DNA of 64,000 nt from the human T2T-CHM13v2.0 reference genome, Homo sapiens: the NCBI RefSeq assembly GCF_009914755.1, contig NC_060925.1. The stretch is one strand, 5' to 3'. Both the position numbers and the translations under genes were made by a program. This document shows positions 25,991-39,169 of the stretch, piece after piece; position 1 is the stretch's first letter, and each line of letters starts with the position of its first letter. The notes beneath the pieces are model-generated. The model saw nothing but the letters and a program-made list of their open reading frames with translations, searched no databases and was not told where the DNA came from.

Positions 25991-26091
25991 TTCACCTAAG
26001 AACTCATCTTCAGTTATCATCTGCTTCACCCAGGTCCCTGCAAAGGACCTGGGTGAAGCAGATGATAACTGAAGATGAGTTCTTAGGTGAA
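25991..26091. repeat. Perfect inverted repeat: 47-bp arms, 7-nt loop
   Basis: ttcacctaagaactcatcttcagttatcatctgcttcacccaggtcc - ctgcaaa - exact reverse complement. Confidence 0.99.
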
Positions 26092-27366
26092 AGTTAGAGT
26101 TCAAAGTCAGGAAGGGAGACAAAAACAAGAAAACTAGAGGAATTCGAAACTTTTTGGTACCTATCACTATAGCAAACATTTGACATAACCTAACATTTAG
26201 CCAAATTAACATAAAATCCCACACTTAAGTCCTGCTTACCTGGGTTCCTATTACTCAGTATGATATGCTTGGCTTTTATCAAGAAGTTATAAGGCAAAAA
26301 GTCAAACCAAACCAAAACAAAAACAAGCACCCCACACGGTCTAAATAGACAAAGCATCAGAACCAGACTCATAAGTGGCACAGATTTTGTAATTGTCAGA
26401 TAAGGAATTTTAAATAATTATGATTAATATTTTAAATGCTCTAAGACAAAAAGTAGAAAATATGCAAGAACAGAAGGGTAAGGCAAGCAGAGAGATAGAA
26501 GTTCTATGAAGAAATTAATAGGAAATGCTAGACATCAAAGACATTTTAATAGAAGCGAAGAATGCTTTTGAAAGGCTCTTCAGTGGAGACTGCTCATGGC
26601 CAAGGAAAGACCAGCAAGCTTGAAGATAGGTCAATTGAGACTTCCTAAACTAAAATGTAAAGAGAAAAAAAAAGAAGGAAAAAATATGGAAAAAAAGAAA
26701 AAACAGAGAAGAACATCCAAGAACTGTGACCATTTCAAAAGATGTAATATAGGCGTCATTGGAATACCAGGAGATTTCAGAGTTAAAAAAAAATTTGAAG
26801 CAATAATCACCAATCCCTTTTTTAAATTAATAATGAAAAAAAAGACACTGATCCAGGAAACTCAGAGAATACCAAAGAGAATAATACCTTCCCCCATCTG
26901 TCACACACAGAAACACACACCCGCCCCACAGAATCCACACCTGGGTATATAGGCACCAAACTGCAGAAAGCCAACAGCAAAGTCAGAGAGAAATTCTTAG
27001 AGGAATACAGGGGGTGGTATAGAGACATCTTTCTTGCAGAGCAACAGGGATTAGAATTAAACTGGGCTTTTTGTCACAAACAATGAAAACAGGGATAGAG
27101 TGTAGTAAAATATTGAAAGTGTTGGGGGAGAAGGCCCTAGAACCATATATTCAGCAAAATTAGCAGTCAAAAGTGAAGAAGATATAAAAACTTTATTAAA
27201 CCAAACAAAAAAAGTGAGAAAATTCATCTCCAGAATACCTCCCTGCAAGTTATGTCAAAAAAATTAAAATAAAAATAAACTTTTGCAGGGGGAAAGAAAT
27301 TATACAGGTGAGAAAATTGGGTCTACATAAAGAAAAGAACATTGGGGAAGGAAGAAATGAAGGTAA

Positions 27367-27689
<323 letters not shown>

Positions 27690-29723
27690 CCTAGTTTTAA
27701 TTGATTTAAAAGATAGGCATTTAAAATAATAATAGAAATAGACTGGATGATTTTAACATATGGATAAGTAGAGTGAATGACATTGGTACATCTATATCAT
27801 AAAGGATGGAGGGAAACATTGGGATAACTGTTATAAGATCGCTACCCTAAAAATGTTAATTCAAAATGGACTTAGGTTAGTCTAAAAATGTATTCTGGAA
27901 ACTCTAGGTCAACCACTCTAAAATTTGTAAAAGAGATACAATTGATATTGTAAGAGATGAGGCAACATGTAATTTTATAACATGTTCAATTAAAACAAAA
28001 TGACAAAGGAAAGGATAATGGCAAATGCAACTAATAGAAAATAGTCACCAAAATGGTAGATATTAATCATATTACATTAATAATCACATTAAATATCACA
28101 TATAAAGTTACTATTTAAAATACAGAGATTGTTACAGTAGATTTAAAAAAAAAGAGCACAATTGTATATGGTCAATAAGAAACCCACTTCAAATATAATG
28201 ACTGATAGGGTAAAAATAAAAGGATAAAAACAATATGCCATCCTACCAATAATTTTTAAATTTTGTAATATGAATTTCATGTAAATCAGACTTCAGAACA
28301 AAAAATATATATCACATATATAAAAGGGGCAGTACATAATAGTAGATGAGTAAATTTCCAAGAAATAGACATATGAATTAAAAATATTTTGAAATAAAGT
28401 AAAAATACAGTTTACAGTATCTTCAGGTTGTAGTGAAAGCAATGCTTCAAGAGAAATATAACATTAAATCCATATATTAGAACAAAGGAAAGATGGAGAA
28501 TCAAGAATCTAAGCTTAAACTTTAGCCAGAGAAAGAAAAGCAACTTAAGCCTACAGCAAATAGAAGAAAAAAATTATAAAAATTAATGGAAATCAATAGA
28601 AATGAAAACAATAGAGAAAATCAATAACATGAGTAGATATTTTTTGAAAGATTAATAACATCATAATCTTCTATCAGACAAATTTCATAAAACAGAGAAG
28701 ACACACTATATCAATAACAGAAACGAAAGAAAGATTGTCACTATCCCATGCACATTAAAAGGATAATAAAGAAACACAATGAAAACTCTATACCTACAAA
28801 TTTAAATGTAATGAAACAATTTCTTGAAAGACACTACCAAAATTCACACAAGGAGATACAGATAACCTGAATAGCTTCATATTTATGTTAAAAATTATAT
28901 CAATAATAATATTGCAAAAAAAAAAAAAAAAAAAAAAAACAAAGCAACAAGCCCAAATGATTTCACTGGTAAATTCTAACAAACATTGAAGAAAGAAAAG
29001 ATACTCATTTTTCTGTCTCTTCCAGAAAATTAAAGCACAGAGAAACTTCCTAACTCATTGCCTGAGAACAGCATTACCCTTATACCAAAACCAGATAAAA
29101 CCGTCACTAAAAAGGAAAACCTGAGGACCAATATTTTTCATAAACACAGATGCAAAATTCCTCAACAAAACAGTAGCTAATAGAATTTAACAATGAGTAA
29201 CAAAAGTTACACAAGACTAAATGGATTTTATTCCAAGTATGCAAGGCTGGTTTATATTTTTAAGTCAATCGATGTAATTCAACACACCAACAAGCTAAAG
29301 AAAAAAATATGTGATATTATCACTAGACACAGAAAAATCATTTGATACAGAAAAATCATTTGATAAAATTAAACGTTAATTCATGACAAAATCCCTGAGC
29401 AAACAGAATAGAATAACAGGGAACTACCACAACATGATAAACAAGATGCATGAAAAACCTATTGAGCATCATACATAATGATGAGAAATTTAATGTTTTA
29501 AATGTAATATGGTAATAATTATATGAAACAGAAAAAAAGAACATTACATAAAAACTAATAAAATCTAAATAAACTAGGAATTTCTTTAATAATAATATAG
29601 CAATATTTGTTAACTTTGACAAATGCATCATAATAACATAATAAATAGCAGTAGGGAAAATTAGGTACAGAGCATATATGAATTCTTTGTTCTAGCTCCA
29701 TAAATTTTTTGTAAATCTAAATC

Positions 29724-29745
29724 TATTCTAGAATATTCTAGAATA
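29724..29745. promoter_or_regulatory. 22-bp palindrome = perfect 4-unit heat-shock element motif (function untested)
   Basis: tattctagaatattctagaata = aTTCt aGAAt aTTCt aGAAt. Confidence 0.45.
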
Positions 29746-30495
29746 ACAACTTACTTTTCAAAAGTTACACTCTATGTCCTTGTTCTTCACTTATGTCTAG
29801 AGCAAATCTCTTTTTTTTTCAACTGGAAAATATTTTCTGAAGTTCTTGAAATTATTTTTAAATACAAAATCTACCTGGTCAACATTTACGGCTGTTATTT
29901 ATTGAGCTTCATATTGAAAGATATACATATCTTTGGGGGAAGCACTATATATTTATTTAATAAACAATGTAAAACTAAGAGACTACCAAGAATTAAAGAT
30001 GCTTACAAACAATTTGTTGCAGAAAGTCATTTGTAAGTTCGCTGAAATGCACAATTTTTTTTCACATAAAGTCTCTTGGTGTTCAAATTAAAAGTGAGTT
30101 TACAGAAATGATTAAATCTCAAATATTGTTGAAAATTCAATGTGTAATAAAAATTCTTACAATAATAATACTGTTAAATATTTGTGACATTATTGTTGAA
30201 GGTTTTCTAAAATTGTTATTATGAAGGCAGCTACTCTAAAATAAAAAAAAGTTTGAGAAGAAAACAATAGATAAAAGTCCCTGTGGAAATCCTTAAGTAG
30301 TCTTTTGTGAATTTAAGTTTTCTAGCAACTGAAATCTTTACAGAACTGTCATTTCGTCATATCTAAATGGAATTTCAACACATATGGCTTTTATAAATAT
30401 AGTATTTGCATGACTAGAAATATCCTTACACAACAGGAGCCATATTTATTTCAGATAGGAAATGAAAATGAAATGAAAAGAGGGAAAGAGTGTAG

Positions 30496-30548
30496 ATATA
30501 TATATACACACACACACACATATATATATTCATATATATATATATATA
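30496..30548. repeat. (TA)n/(CA)n compound microsatellite
   Basis: Visible dinucleotide runs. Confidence 0.9.
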
Positions 30549-31014
30549 CTTATTGCAAGCACTGCTTATGGAAAATCAGCCTGAGCAGCCTGAGAACGAC
30601 GAAAGTAGTTTGTTAAGAAAAGCCATTGATTCCAATAAGTTCACTACCACTGATATTTTCCCAGTATAGTTTGGCAATTTTCCAAAAAAACCTTGTTAAA
30701 CAAATCAGATTATTGAAGACAGTGGACAATTGTTTACTTCTATGGGATGATTGTTAATACAATAAGCACATACACAGTCATTTCAGAATCTGACAATGCA
30801 GATTGAAATCTTGGAAAAACATAAATTATAGTCTTAGGATCTGGGTAACTTTGATATGTCAGTGAGCATTCTTAATTACAAAGAATAGGATTTGCTATGA
30901 ATGGTATAGGGAGAAAACAACATATTAAAGAATATTTTTAGACAGCTCACAAAATCTTCAGGGAAATAAGCATGTGAAACTAAAAGATATGTACCCAGAA
31001 ACAGAATGCAACTA

Positions 31015-31523
31015 CAGTTGACTCCTGAACAACACAAATTTGAACTACATAGGTTCACTTATATGTGGAATTTTTTTCAATAAAAATTATACCAACTATG
31101 CCTGAGTCTCCTGCCTCCCATTCTACCTTCTCCACCTCATTCACCACTGCCACCCACGAGACAGCAAGATCAACCCTTCCTCTTCCTCCTCCTGCTCAGC
31201 CTACTCAATGTGAAGACAAAAAGGATAAAGACTTTTATGATAATCCACTTCCATGTAATGAATAGTAAATATAGTTTCTCTGCCTTATGATTTTCTTAAT
31301 AACATTTTATTTTCTATAGCTAGCTTTATTGTAAGAATATAGTATACATTAATAATACATACGGCATACAAAATATGTGTTAATTAGCTGGTTATGTTAT
31401 CGATAAGGCCTCTGGTCAACTCAGGCTATTGGTAGTTAAGTTTTGGAAGAGTCAATAGTTATAGGCAGAAGTTTTGACTGTACAGGGAGTCTTTCCTACC
31501 CTGTGTTGTTTAAGGGCCAACCG
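31015..31523 (+). mobile_element. Tigger2a/MER28-like TcMar-Tigger element
   Basis: TIRs cagttgactcctgaacaacac / gtgttgtttaagggccaaccg, TA target duplications, internal 'cctactcaatgtgaagac'. Confidence 0.88.
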
Positions 31524-34459
31524 TATACTCTGAGATCTGTAGCACAGATAGAAATCATCAGTGGCACTAATAAGCATGGAGCTAGACTCCGGGAACACCA
31601 ATACTTATGTTCTTTAACATGCATGTTTCCAGTGATAGATTTCATACTCATTAGATTCCTCACGTAGTCCCCTCTAAATGAAGTATCATGTTGGAATATC
31701 TTGTTGGAGAAAAATAGGACATAGTTCAGCCCTAGTAGCAAGAAAGCCTGGACTAGTAAATTTTGACATCTGCATTGGGAGGCAAATCTCATAATATGGG
31801 AATTTGTTCAAAAAGTGAAAGAATGCTCAAGAAATGATAGGCGACTGTGAACATAAAAACCGTCCATTGTACTTGTTAGCTCACTTTATGTACATTGATT
31901 TTGCTTGGTATTACTTGGTAATATGTCTTTGAAAATATTACCTGGAACTCTCTTATTACCATGGCTAGAAAATATTAAATATTCAAAACATGGAGCTTTT
32001 TATTAATTTGTAAAAACTTTTGTATTTATGGAATCTTTAAACATATGTAATATATAGTTGGTCAAATACTGATATTTCTGTTGATAAAATTATTATAGCC
32101 AGATACTTAACCTGATGCTAGTAAAAATTAAAATTATATAACTTGTGCATATTATTCCAAATATAATTTCACATCCCATAAGGCTTACTTACAGAAATAA
32201 AAATCACTGGCCAAAAAACATTAGTATCATGTTCAAATGTTAGCTTCATAGCATTAAAATCTGTTATTGGCATTCCAACTTTTTGCAACATCTCAGTGTG
32301 CTTGGATATTGTGAATCCTGCCTTGAGACTTGAGGCAATATATCAATGTACTAAAGGTTCAACTTTCAGAGAGGAAAAAGCTAAAGGCTAGATCCTGAGT
32401 TGTGATAAATTCCTGAATTAACTCTCACTTTTTGATACCTATTGGAAAGTTAGATTTCCTTAGGCAGATCCGTCTGCCGTGATTCATATCATTTCCTCAG
32501 ACATCCACAATCTACAAGAGAACATAAATTTTGGAAACAGAAATTAATAAAAGCAAGTTAAAAATGTTACTCAAATTTATTGTTTATTTTTCATCTCTAA
32601 TATACATTTCATAGGCTTAAAAGGAAACCTTTGAAATTGTCAGAGACTATTTAAAATAAGTAGCTTCCTAAATAAATGCCTTGTCAGTTTACATTAGAAT
32701 TGCTTGCCTGATTAAAAAAGGAGACAGTAATTAAGTGTTTGCCTGTTAATCTAACCATTATTTAGAAGTCATTAATGAAAATGGTTTATGGGTTCAAGAG
32801 GCATTCTATATTTAAATTAATTCTGTTGCTAAAAGCCAATCAAGATTTGTACAGTGTTCAGAACACACTGGGAAATAAACTATTGAATTAAATAGGCATT
32901 GAATAAAGAGGGTATTTTACAAAGTCATGGTTTTTATTTGTTTGCAGTCTTTTAATGAAGTTCTATCTAAACTTATTGGTACTATTTTTTACAATTAGGA
33001 TGATAAGTCATATTATTATAAAAATTAAAGGTGAGATAAAAATGAGAAAAAGTAGTAAGAGCCCTCCATTTATTATTCTTGTGGACATTTTCACATTAGA
33101 GTTCTCTAGTTGCAATAAATTGCATTTACTTTGTCTAGAGAGGAGGTTTGAAATACTGCAAGAAATGTTGTATTTTATCTTTGAAAGACAAAATTATTAT
33201 TGTATTCAATTTGTCATTATGAATTCTTATGTTTAATAATTCATCTAATGTTCATTTTCCCATCCAGGGTGTATATTACATGAGGCCCCAGAATACATCT
33301 TGTTTTATCCACAGCTCTAACCATTAGAGCTCAAACCAATGAATTTAGCTCAAGCTAATGAATTTTTGATTGGCTGAATGGATGTAATGTTTGAATTATG
33401 AAAAATTATAGTAAAATTAGAGGCTAAAAGGGTCAAGATTAATATTAAATGTATTGAAATAGAAAACTAGTGGGCTTTCAATTACTAGTACTGATTTTCC
33501 TTTAAAAGGAGGAGGAAAGAGGGAATGAAGGAAGGAGTGAATAATCTTACAAATGGGCATATTAGTCTATTCATCTATAAAATGGATTTAGTTATCTATA
33601 TCAATGAGTTTTTATAAAATCTAATTTTAATAATGAATAAATGTGTAGAGTATGAGCATAGTACTTATTAAGCAAACAATAAAGATTTTTACCTGGAAAA
33701 TTGTTGGATACTCATTGATTATATAACCTAACAAGGTCATTAAGCTCAAACTATTTCAACAAAACTAACATTACCTTGTTTAGCCACGATTGCCCTTCTG
33801 ATTGATAAATTATTTCACAGGGCCTAGCACATTGTCCTGTTGAGGACTTTTATGACACTCAGTAATGATTAATTTGTATCATTTTGCATGCATTACAAAT
33901 CATGGGAAAAGATGATTTCTCTCTCACTCTCACAAAGACACATACACACACACCAACATACAGAAACAGACATAATATTAAAATGTCAGGTTGTATTAAT
34001 TCCTCAGCTTACTTTTACGAAAAAAAAAAAAAAGACAAAAGCAGATGACCCATATCTCAGCACTGCTTCCTTTGGTCTTATTAAGGTTCAGAAAATACTT
34101 TGTTTACAAACACTATTTTCACTTAGGACAAGATTTTAATCAGCAGACTCTTATTTCCTAATCTAAATTCAATGTCAGAGTGGCACATGTTCTCCTAGGG
34201 AAAAAGCCAAATCAAGCATTGCCAATATTTCAATTTTTCTCCAGAGAATTAGTACCCACTATTGCTTCTGTTTGCATAAAATTCTGGAGTGAAAATGATG
34301 GAATAAGGATTGACATCATCTGTGAGGCCCCACTTCCCCCCCCCACGTAGAGCCTCATAATATTCAAAGACAATGAGGAGCAATATCAAAAGATCTTGCT
34401 TCTATACGGAATTTTCTCTTTTAGCAATTGGACTTTTATGTGAGCTCTCTTTTGGACTG

Positions 34460-35990
34460 GGTTTAACAGACATTTGATTGAGTGTATTCTTGCTACAAGG
34501 AATTGAGTTATAACTAAATATTACTCTGGGCAAGGCATAGTCTCCAGTTTCAAGGAATTTATATACTGGGAGGCACAAAAAAAGAAAGAGGCAATAATAA
34601 GACATTGTGACAGTTGCTTATAGATAGAGTCATTTATATACAGGGGGTTACAAGAGACCACTTGGAAGAACCATCCAATTGTCTCTTGAGAGGTAAGGAA
34701 AGGCTCACTAGAATTGGTAATGTCTGTACTGAAACTTGAAAGAAACATGGAAAGAAACATGATTAAGTGGAGTGTATATATAGAATTCAAAAGCTGAATG
34801 GTTATCATTGCAAAATTACAGAGATATATGAAAACATGACATACTCATAGAACTAAAAATAGGACCCTAGAACTATAAAGAAAGAGCTGATATTTACTAA
34901 GCAAATAACTTCTTTCAGTGTTTTGCATTATTTACTCATTTAATACATCAACCTTACCTGGTAGGTGCAATTATTATTACCATCACATACACACACTCCC
35001 ATTTTACAGTCAAGTTATCTGGGGCAACATGGATTACGTAGTCTGTCCATATCACAGAACTAAGAAGTGGATGGAGTCTCTTTGTAGAACTAGGGAAGTT
35101 GAATCAGAAATCTGTGCTCTAAGGCCCTACCCTATATTTCCTAGTTCACGTAAGATGGAGAATTCTGAAAGATAGCTAGTGAAGAGGGAAAAGTACAATT
35201 TCAATATTGAAAAATATATTGAATCATGTTAAAATAATTTGGATTTTATTCCAAAGACAGGACAGGCACAACAAACTGTTATAAATACAGAAATTCCAAG
35301 TCTGTTGTGCTAAACATGCACCTTTTGATTTCTAGAGTGGAAAACAGATTATAGGAAGATTACACCAGAAGGCAAAGACATCAGAAAGCGGTTGAACAGA
35401 TTCAATCCAGAGACAATGGCAGCTTTAGCTATAGATATTGCAATGAATGAAAGAAGTAAAAAGAACCATGAGATATTTAGAAGGCTGATCCTACATAAAT
35501 TAGTATTTTGGATTAAAAAATAAAAGAAAGACAAAAATGACTCTTAGGGTTAAGACTTAAGAAATAAAGGCTTTTTCTTTTTAATTTACTGAGATGATAA
35601 AAATGAGTTCACATTTAGACATATTACATTAAATATTTCAAAAATTATTAGTTTAAGATATACATAGGCAGTTGGACATGTGGGATATGTTATGTGGCAT
35701 GACTAGAAACCAAGTGGTTCATTCATTAGCTCCACAATTACTTACAGAGTACTTACTATGTACAAGAACTATTATCTTGCAAATACAGTACTAAACCTGA
35801 TAGACAAGGTCATGCTACCAGAGAAAGAAAGATGAATTATAAACAACTAAACAAGTGTGCAAGGTAGTTGCAGGTAATGGTTAATGCTGTGAAGAATATG
35901 CGACAAGGTTACATTGTATTGTTGATAGTGACTCGACTCACAGTAGCTCCGTTCAGATGGAATGGTGATAGAAGGCATCCCTTTGAAGGA
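34460..35990 (-). mobile_element. Cluster of L2 fragments with an embedded MIR (~34885-35130)
   Basis: 'acagacatttgattgagtgtattctt', 'cccattttacag...aactaagaagtgg', 'ttcattcattagc...agagtacttactatgtacaagaact'. Confidence 0.65.
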
Positions 35991-36014
35991 GAGATCTTAT
36001 TGATAAAAAAGGAC

Positions 36015-36250
36015 AATATAGAGATTAAGAGTGTGCTGAGTTTAGAGAACTGTACTCATGGCTCAGCCTTGTAACATGGTTACTATGTGCACTTGCCAAG
36101 TTATTTAAGCCTTCTTAGCCTGTTTCCTCAATTATAAAATAAGGATGATAATAATGGTTATTATTTGTTGAAAAGGGATTGAGTGAATTAGTCCATGTAA
36201 ATCATTTAGCGCAATTCAATCATAAGGAAAATGCTCAGTAAATACTGGCA
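36015..36250 (+). mobile_element. MIR
   Basis: 'caagttatttaagccttcttagcctgtttcctcaattataaaataaggatgataataatg'. Confidence 0.75.
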
Positions 36251-37294
36251 AAAACAATATTTATAAGTAATAATAATTGCATTCTTGTTATTTTACCCAG
36301 CTCACCAAGGCAGAAAAACATTTGTGAGTTTTCTCAACCACTTATTGAAAGTAGGAATTTGTTTACAATGTTCAATGTCTCTCTATGTATCGTCTTTGCA
36401 AATGTACAATGGTGGTAAGAAAACTGGCTTATAGTTTAGAATTTGGAAACAGCAACTATCAGGCTCACCTTTAAAGAACATAAAGGGTATAAGGGATTTG
36501 GAACTGAGAGGCATATTGTATATTAACTGGAATTCCTTATTATATATAAATCTCACCGTTATTCTATTTTCTTGTATAGAAAGCCCGAGTAAACATTTCA
36601 GTGTGTTTTCTAATGACTTCGGCAACAATTAGGCTTATTATTCATTGTTTCTAAAGACCTTCGTGGTCCAGGAAAATATGAATTGCTTCCTTATTCAGCA
36701 GGTTGATAATGGCTTTCTTTTAAAGTATTTCATTTTAAAAATTATTTACTGCTCTCTACTTATAAATGAAAGCATAAGCTTGGCTTTTATCCAAAGGGAG
36801 GAATAAAACAATCTTTGATTCTCAAGACATTGCTATGTTTTAAACAGCAGACAGAAACTAGAAGATGGTTTGCTCAAAGTAAAATATATTTAAGTCTAAC
36901 ATCTTCCTGTAGTTGAGTGTATGTATATGTGTATATGAGTTGTGTATGTGTATGTTTAATCTCTGTTCAAAATGTCTGTTTTCCATTTTTGGCAAGTGAA
37001 ATATACCAAGCAAAAAGATGAAGTAATTTAAATGCTTTCCCCAAAATAAAACCTCAATTTATTATAGTTATAAACTAGGGAAAACACAATTATGATCATT
37101 TCTCTTTTTTTTATTTGATTCTGTTTATTTAAAAAGCAACACCAGGAAATTTATAGATTTGTCATGGTAAGTTAGTATCCCCCCACATCAACTAATTAGG
37201 CTATTTTAACAGTAAGACCAATTACAGTGATAAGTTCTTCATAAGAAAAAAGCATCATTTTTTTAACGCTAGTCAGAGTCCTGATTTGCTAGTC

Positions 37295-37596
37295 TTTTTT
37301 TAAATTTTAATTTTTATTATACTTAAAGTTCTAGGGTACATGTGCACAACGTGCAGGTTTGTTACATATGTATACATGTGCCATGTTGCTGTGCTGCACC
37401 CATTAATTCATCATTTACATTAGGTATTCTCCTAATGCTATCCCTCCTCCCTTCCCCCACCCCACAACAGGCCCTGGTGTGTGATGTTCCCCTTCCTGTG
37501 TCCAAGTGTTCTCATTGTTCAATTCCCACCTATGAGTGAGAACATGCGGTGTTTGGTTTTTTGTCCTTGCAATAGTTTGCTGAGAATGATGGTTTC
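37295..37596 (-). mobile_element. 5'-truncated L1PA5/6-like 3' end
   Basis: Poly-T then L1PA 3'UTR reverse complement to 'tgagaatgatggtttc'. Confidence 0.93.
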
Positions 37597-37839
37597 TATA
37601 AGTACATAATCCCATAGAAATCAAAGTCACACTGGAGTTCATAAAACATATTTTATTTCCATTTAGGAATTTCTCCAGTATTATCTCTATGGAATATTTA
37701 ATCGATAGGCATGTTTCAAACACTTTCATAAAAAGAATCTTCAACTTTTCCCAGAAGTGAATATGTGAAATATATAAACACAAACACAAACATACACATA
37801 CACAAACACTTGCATATATACGAGACAAAGAGTAATAAT

Positions 37840-38330
37840 AAAAAGCCAAACACCCACAGATGACTTTAATGCTGTAAGAAATAGAATATTATTAATATCT
37901 TTAAAGCCCTGAGGATCTCTTCTTGATCAAATTAATCTCTAAATACTACTCTTTAAAGGTGGCAACTATACTATTTTTAGATAATTTGCTTTTATTTATA
38001 CTTAAACAGAAATATATTTGTATATATCAATATATAATATAAATTGTTCAGTTTTGCATGTCTATCATTTATTAAAATATGTCATACTGTAAACTTCTGC
38101 AATATTACTTTTTAATGATACGTTTATTAAAGTCAACATTGTTAATTTAAGTAGCTGCAGTTGATTCATTCTCTATTGCTCCATACTATTAATACTGCAT
38201 TGTATATATATTCACATTATATATGCATATATAAAATATATGTGTGTATATCATTATTTATCTATAAAAGTTAATACCAGAGTTTTTTTGTTTGTTTCAT
38301 TTTGTTGCTATTACAAACAATGCTGCCAGG
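37840..38330 (-). mobile_element. L1ME 3' fragment
   Basis: 'gtagctgcagttgattcattctctattgct', 'ttttgttgctattacaaacaatgctgc'. Confidence 0.6.
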
Positions 38331-38344
38331 TTGGAAAATTACAT

Positions 38345-38646
38345 AAGGTTGGTAAATTTCATGCCAGCCACTGCGTCATAAAATTAAACCAAATTAATAA
38401 AACTCGGTGTAAAGCAATTTTAAGATTCTTATCTTAATCTAGCTTAACTTTACGCTGTAAAAACCTGCCCCTAAATTAAAATAAGCTATGAAAATGACTT
38501 TAATGTTCTCATAACACAATAGCTAAGGCCCAAACTGGGATTAGATACCCCGCTATTCTTGGATATAAGCTTAAATAACTTCATAAGCGAAGTTATTCAC
38601 CAGAATACTACAAGCAACAGCTTAAAACTCAAAGGACTTGGTGGTG
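38345..38646 (+). pseudogene. MT-RNR1 (NUMT fragment): NUMT: nuclear copy of part of mitochondrial 12S rRNA
   Basis: Conserved 12S blocks in correct order: 'ggttggtaaatttcatgccagccactgcg', 'caaactgggattagataccccgctat', 'cagcttaaaactcaaaggacttggtggtg'. Confidence 0.95.
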
Positions 38647-39169
38647 TCAAGAGACATCTGATACCTGTCTCTTAGCATGTATTATTACAGGTGGAAATTC
38701 TAGATCCTAGGGTCTGTGCCTCATCTGCTTTACTAAATAATCCTTATTTTTTGCAAAATAGTTGCAAAAATTTGCATTGCTTTCAGCAGGGTATATTTTC
38801 CATTGTTCCATTTCATTGTAATTCCTTAAGTTTATTCCTGTTGGTGCTGCTCTGCTTTTTCTTCTGAGGGTTCCCTCCTTTTCCTGTAAGGTAACAGTGT
38901 GCATATACACCCTCACACACGTATGTTTCTATGTTACCAAATGTATGTAATAAATATATATTATAAAATATATATAGTATATTTATATGTTATAAAACTT
39001 AAGTATGTATAGATCACCATCTTTATATAGAAAATATGCATTTAGGGGTTTTTATATTTTTAAGTGGGCTTGTTTTACAAATATTTTTGGCCTGCCAGAG
39101 TGTCAAAAATAAATCCACTGGATTTATAACAAAGTGGAGCTCTCCTCATGTTTCAAGGACACCCCCCTC

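Noticed and set aside
29329-29364. 18-bp tandem duplication acagaaaaatcatttgat x2
   Set aside because: Ordinary slippage duplication within dead L1 ORF2
33313-33365. Short degenerate 15-19 bp tandem units with an 8-bp hairpin
   Set aside because: Too short and degenerate to exceed background
38345-38646. Functional rRNA gene
   Set aside because: Partial, diverged and embedded in nuclear repeats; it is a NUMT
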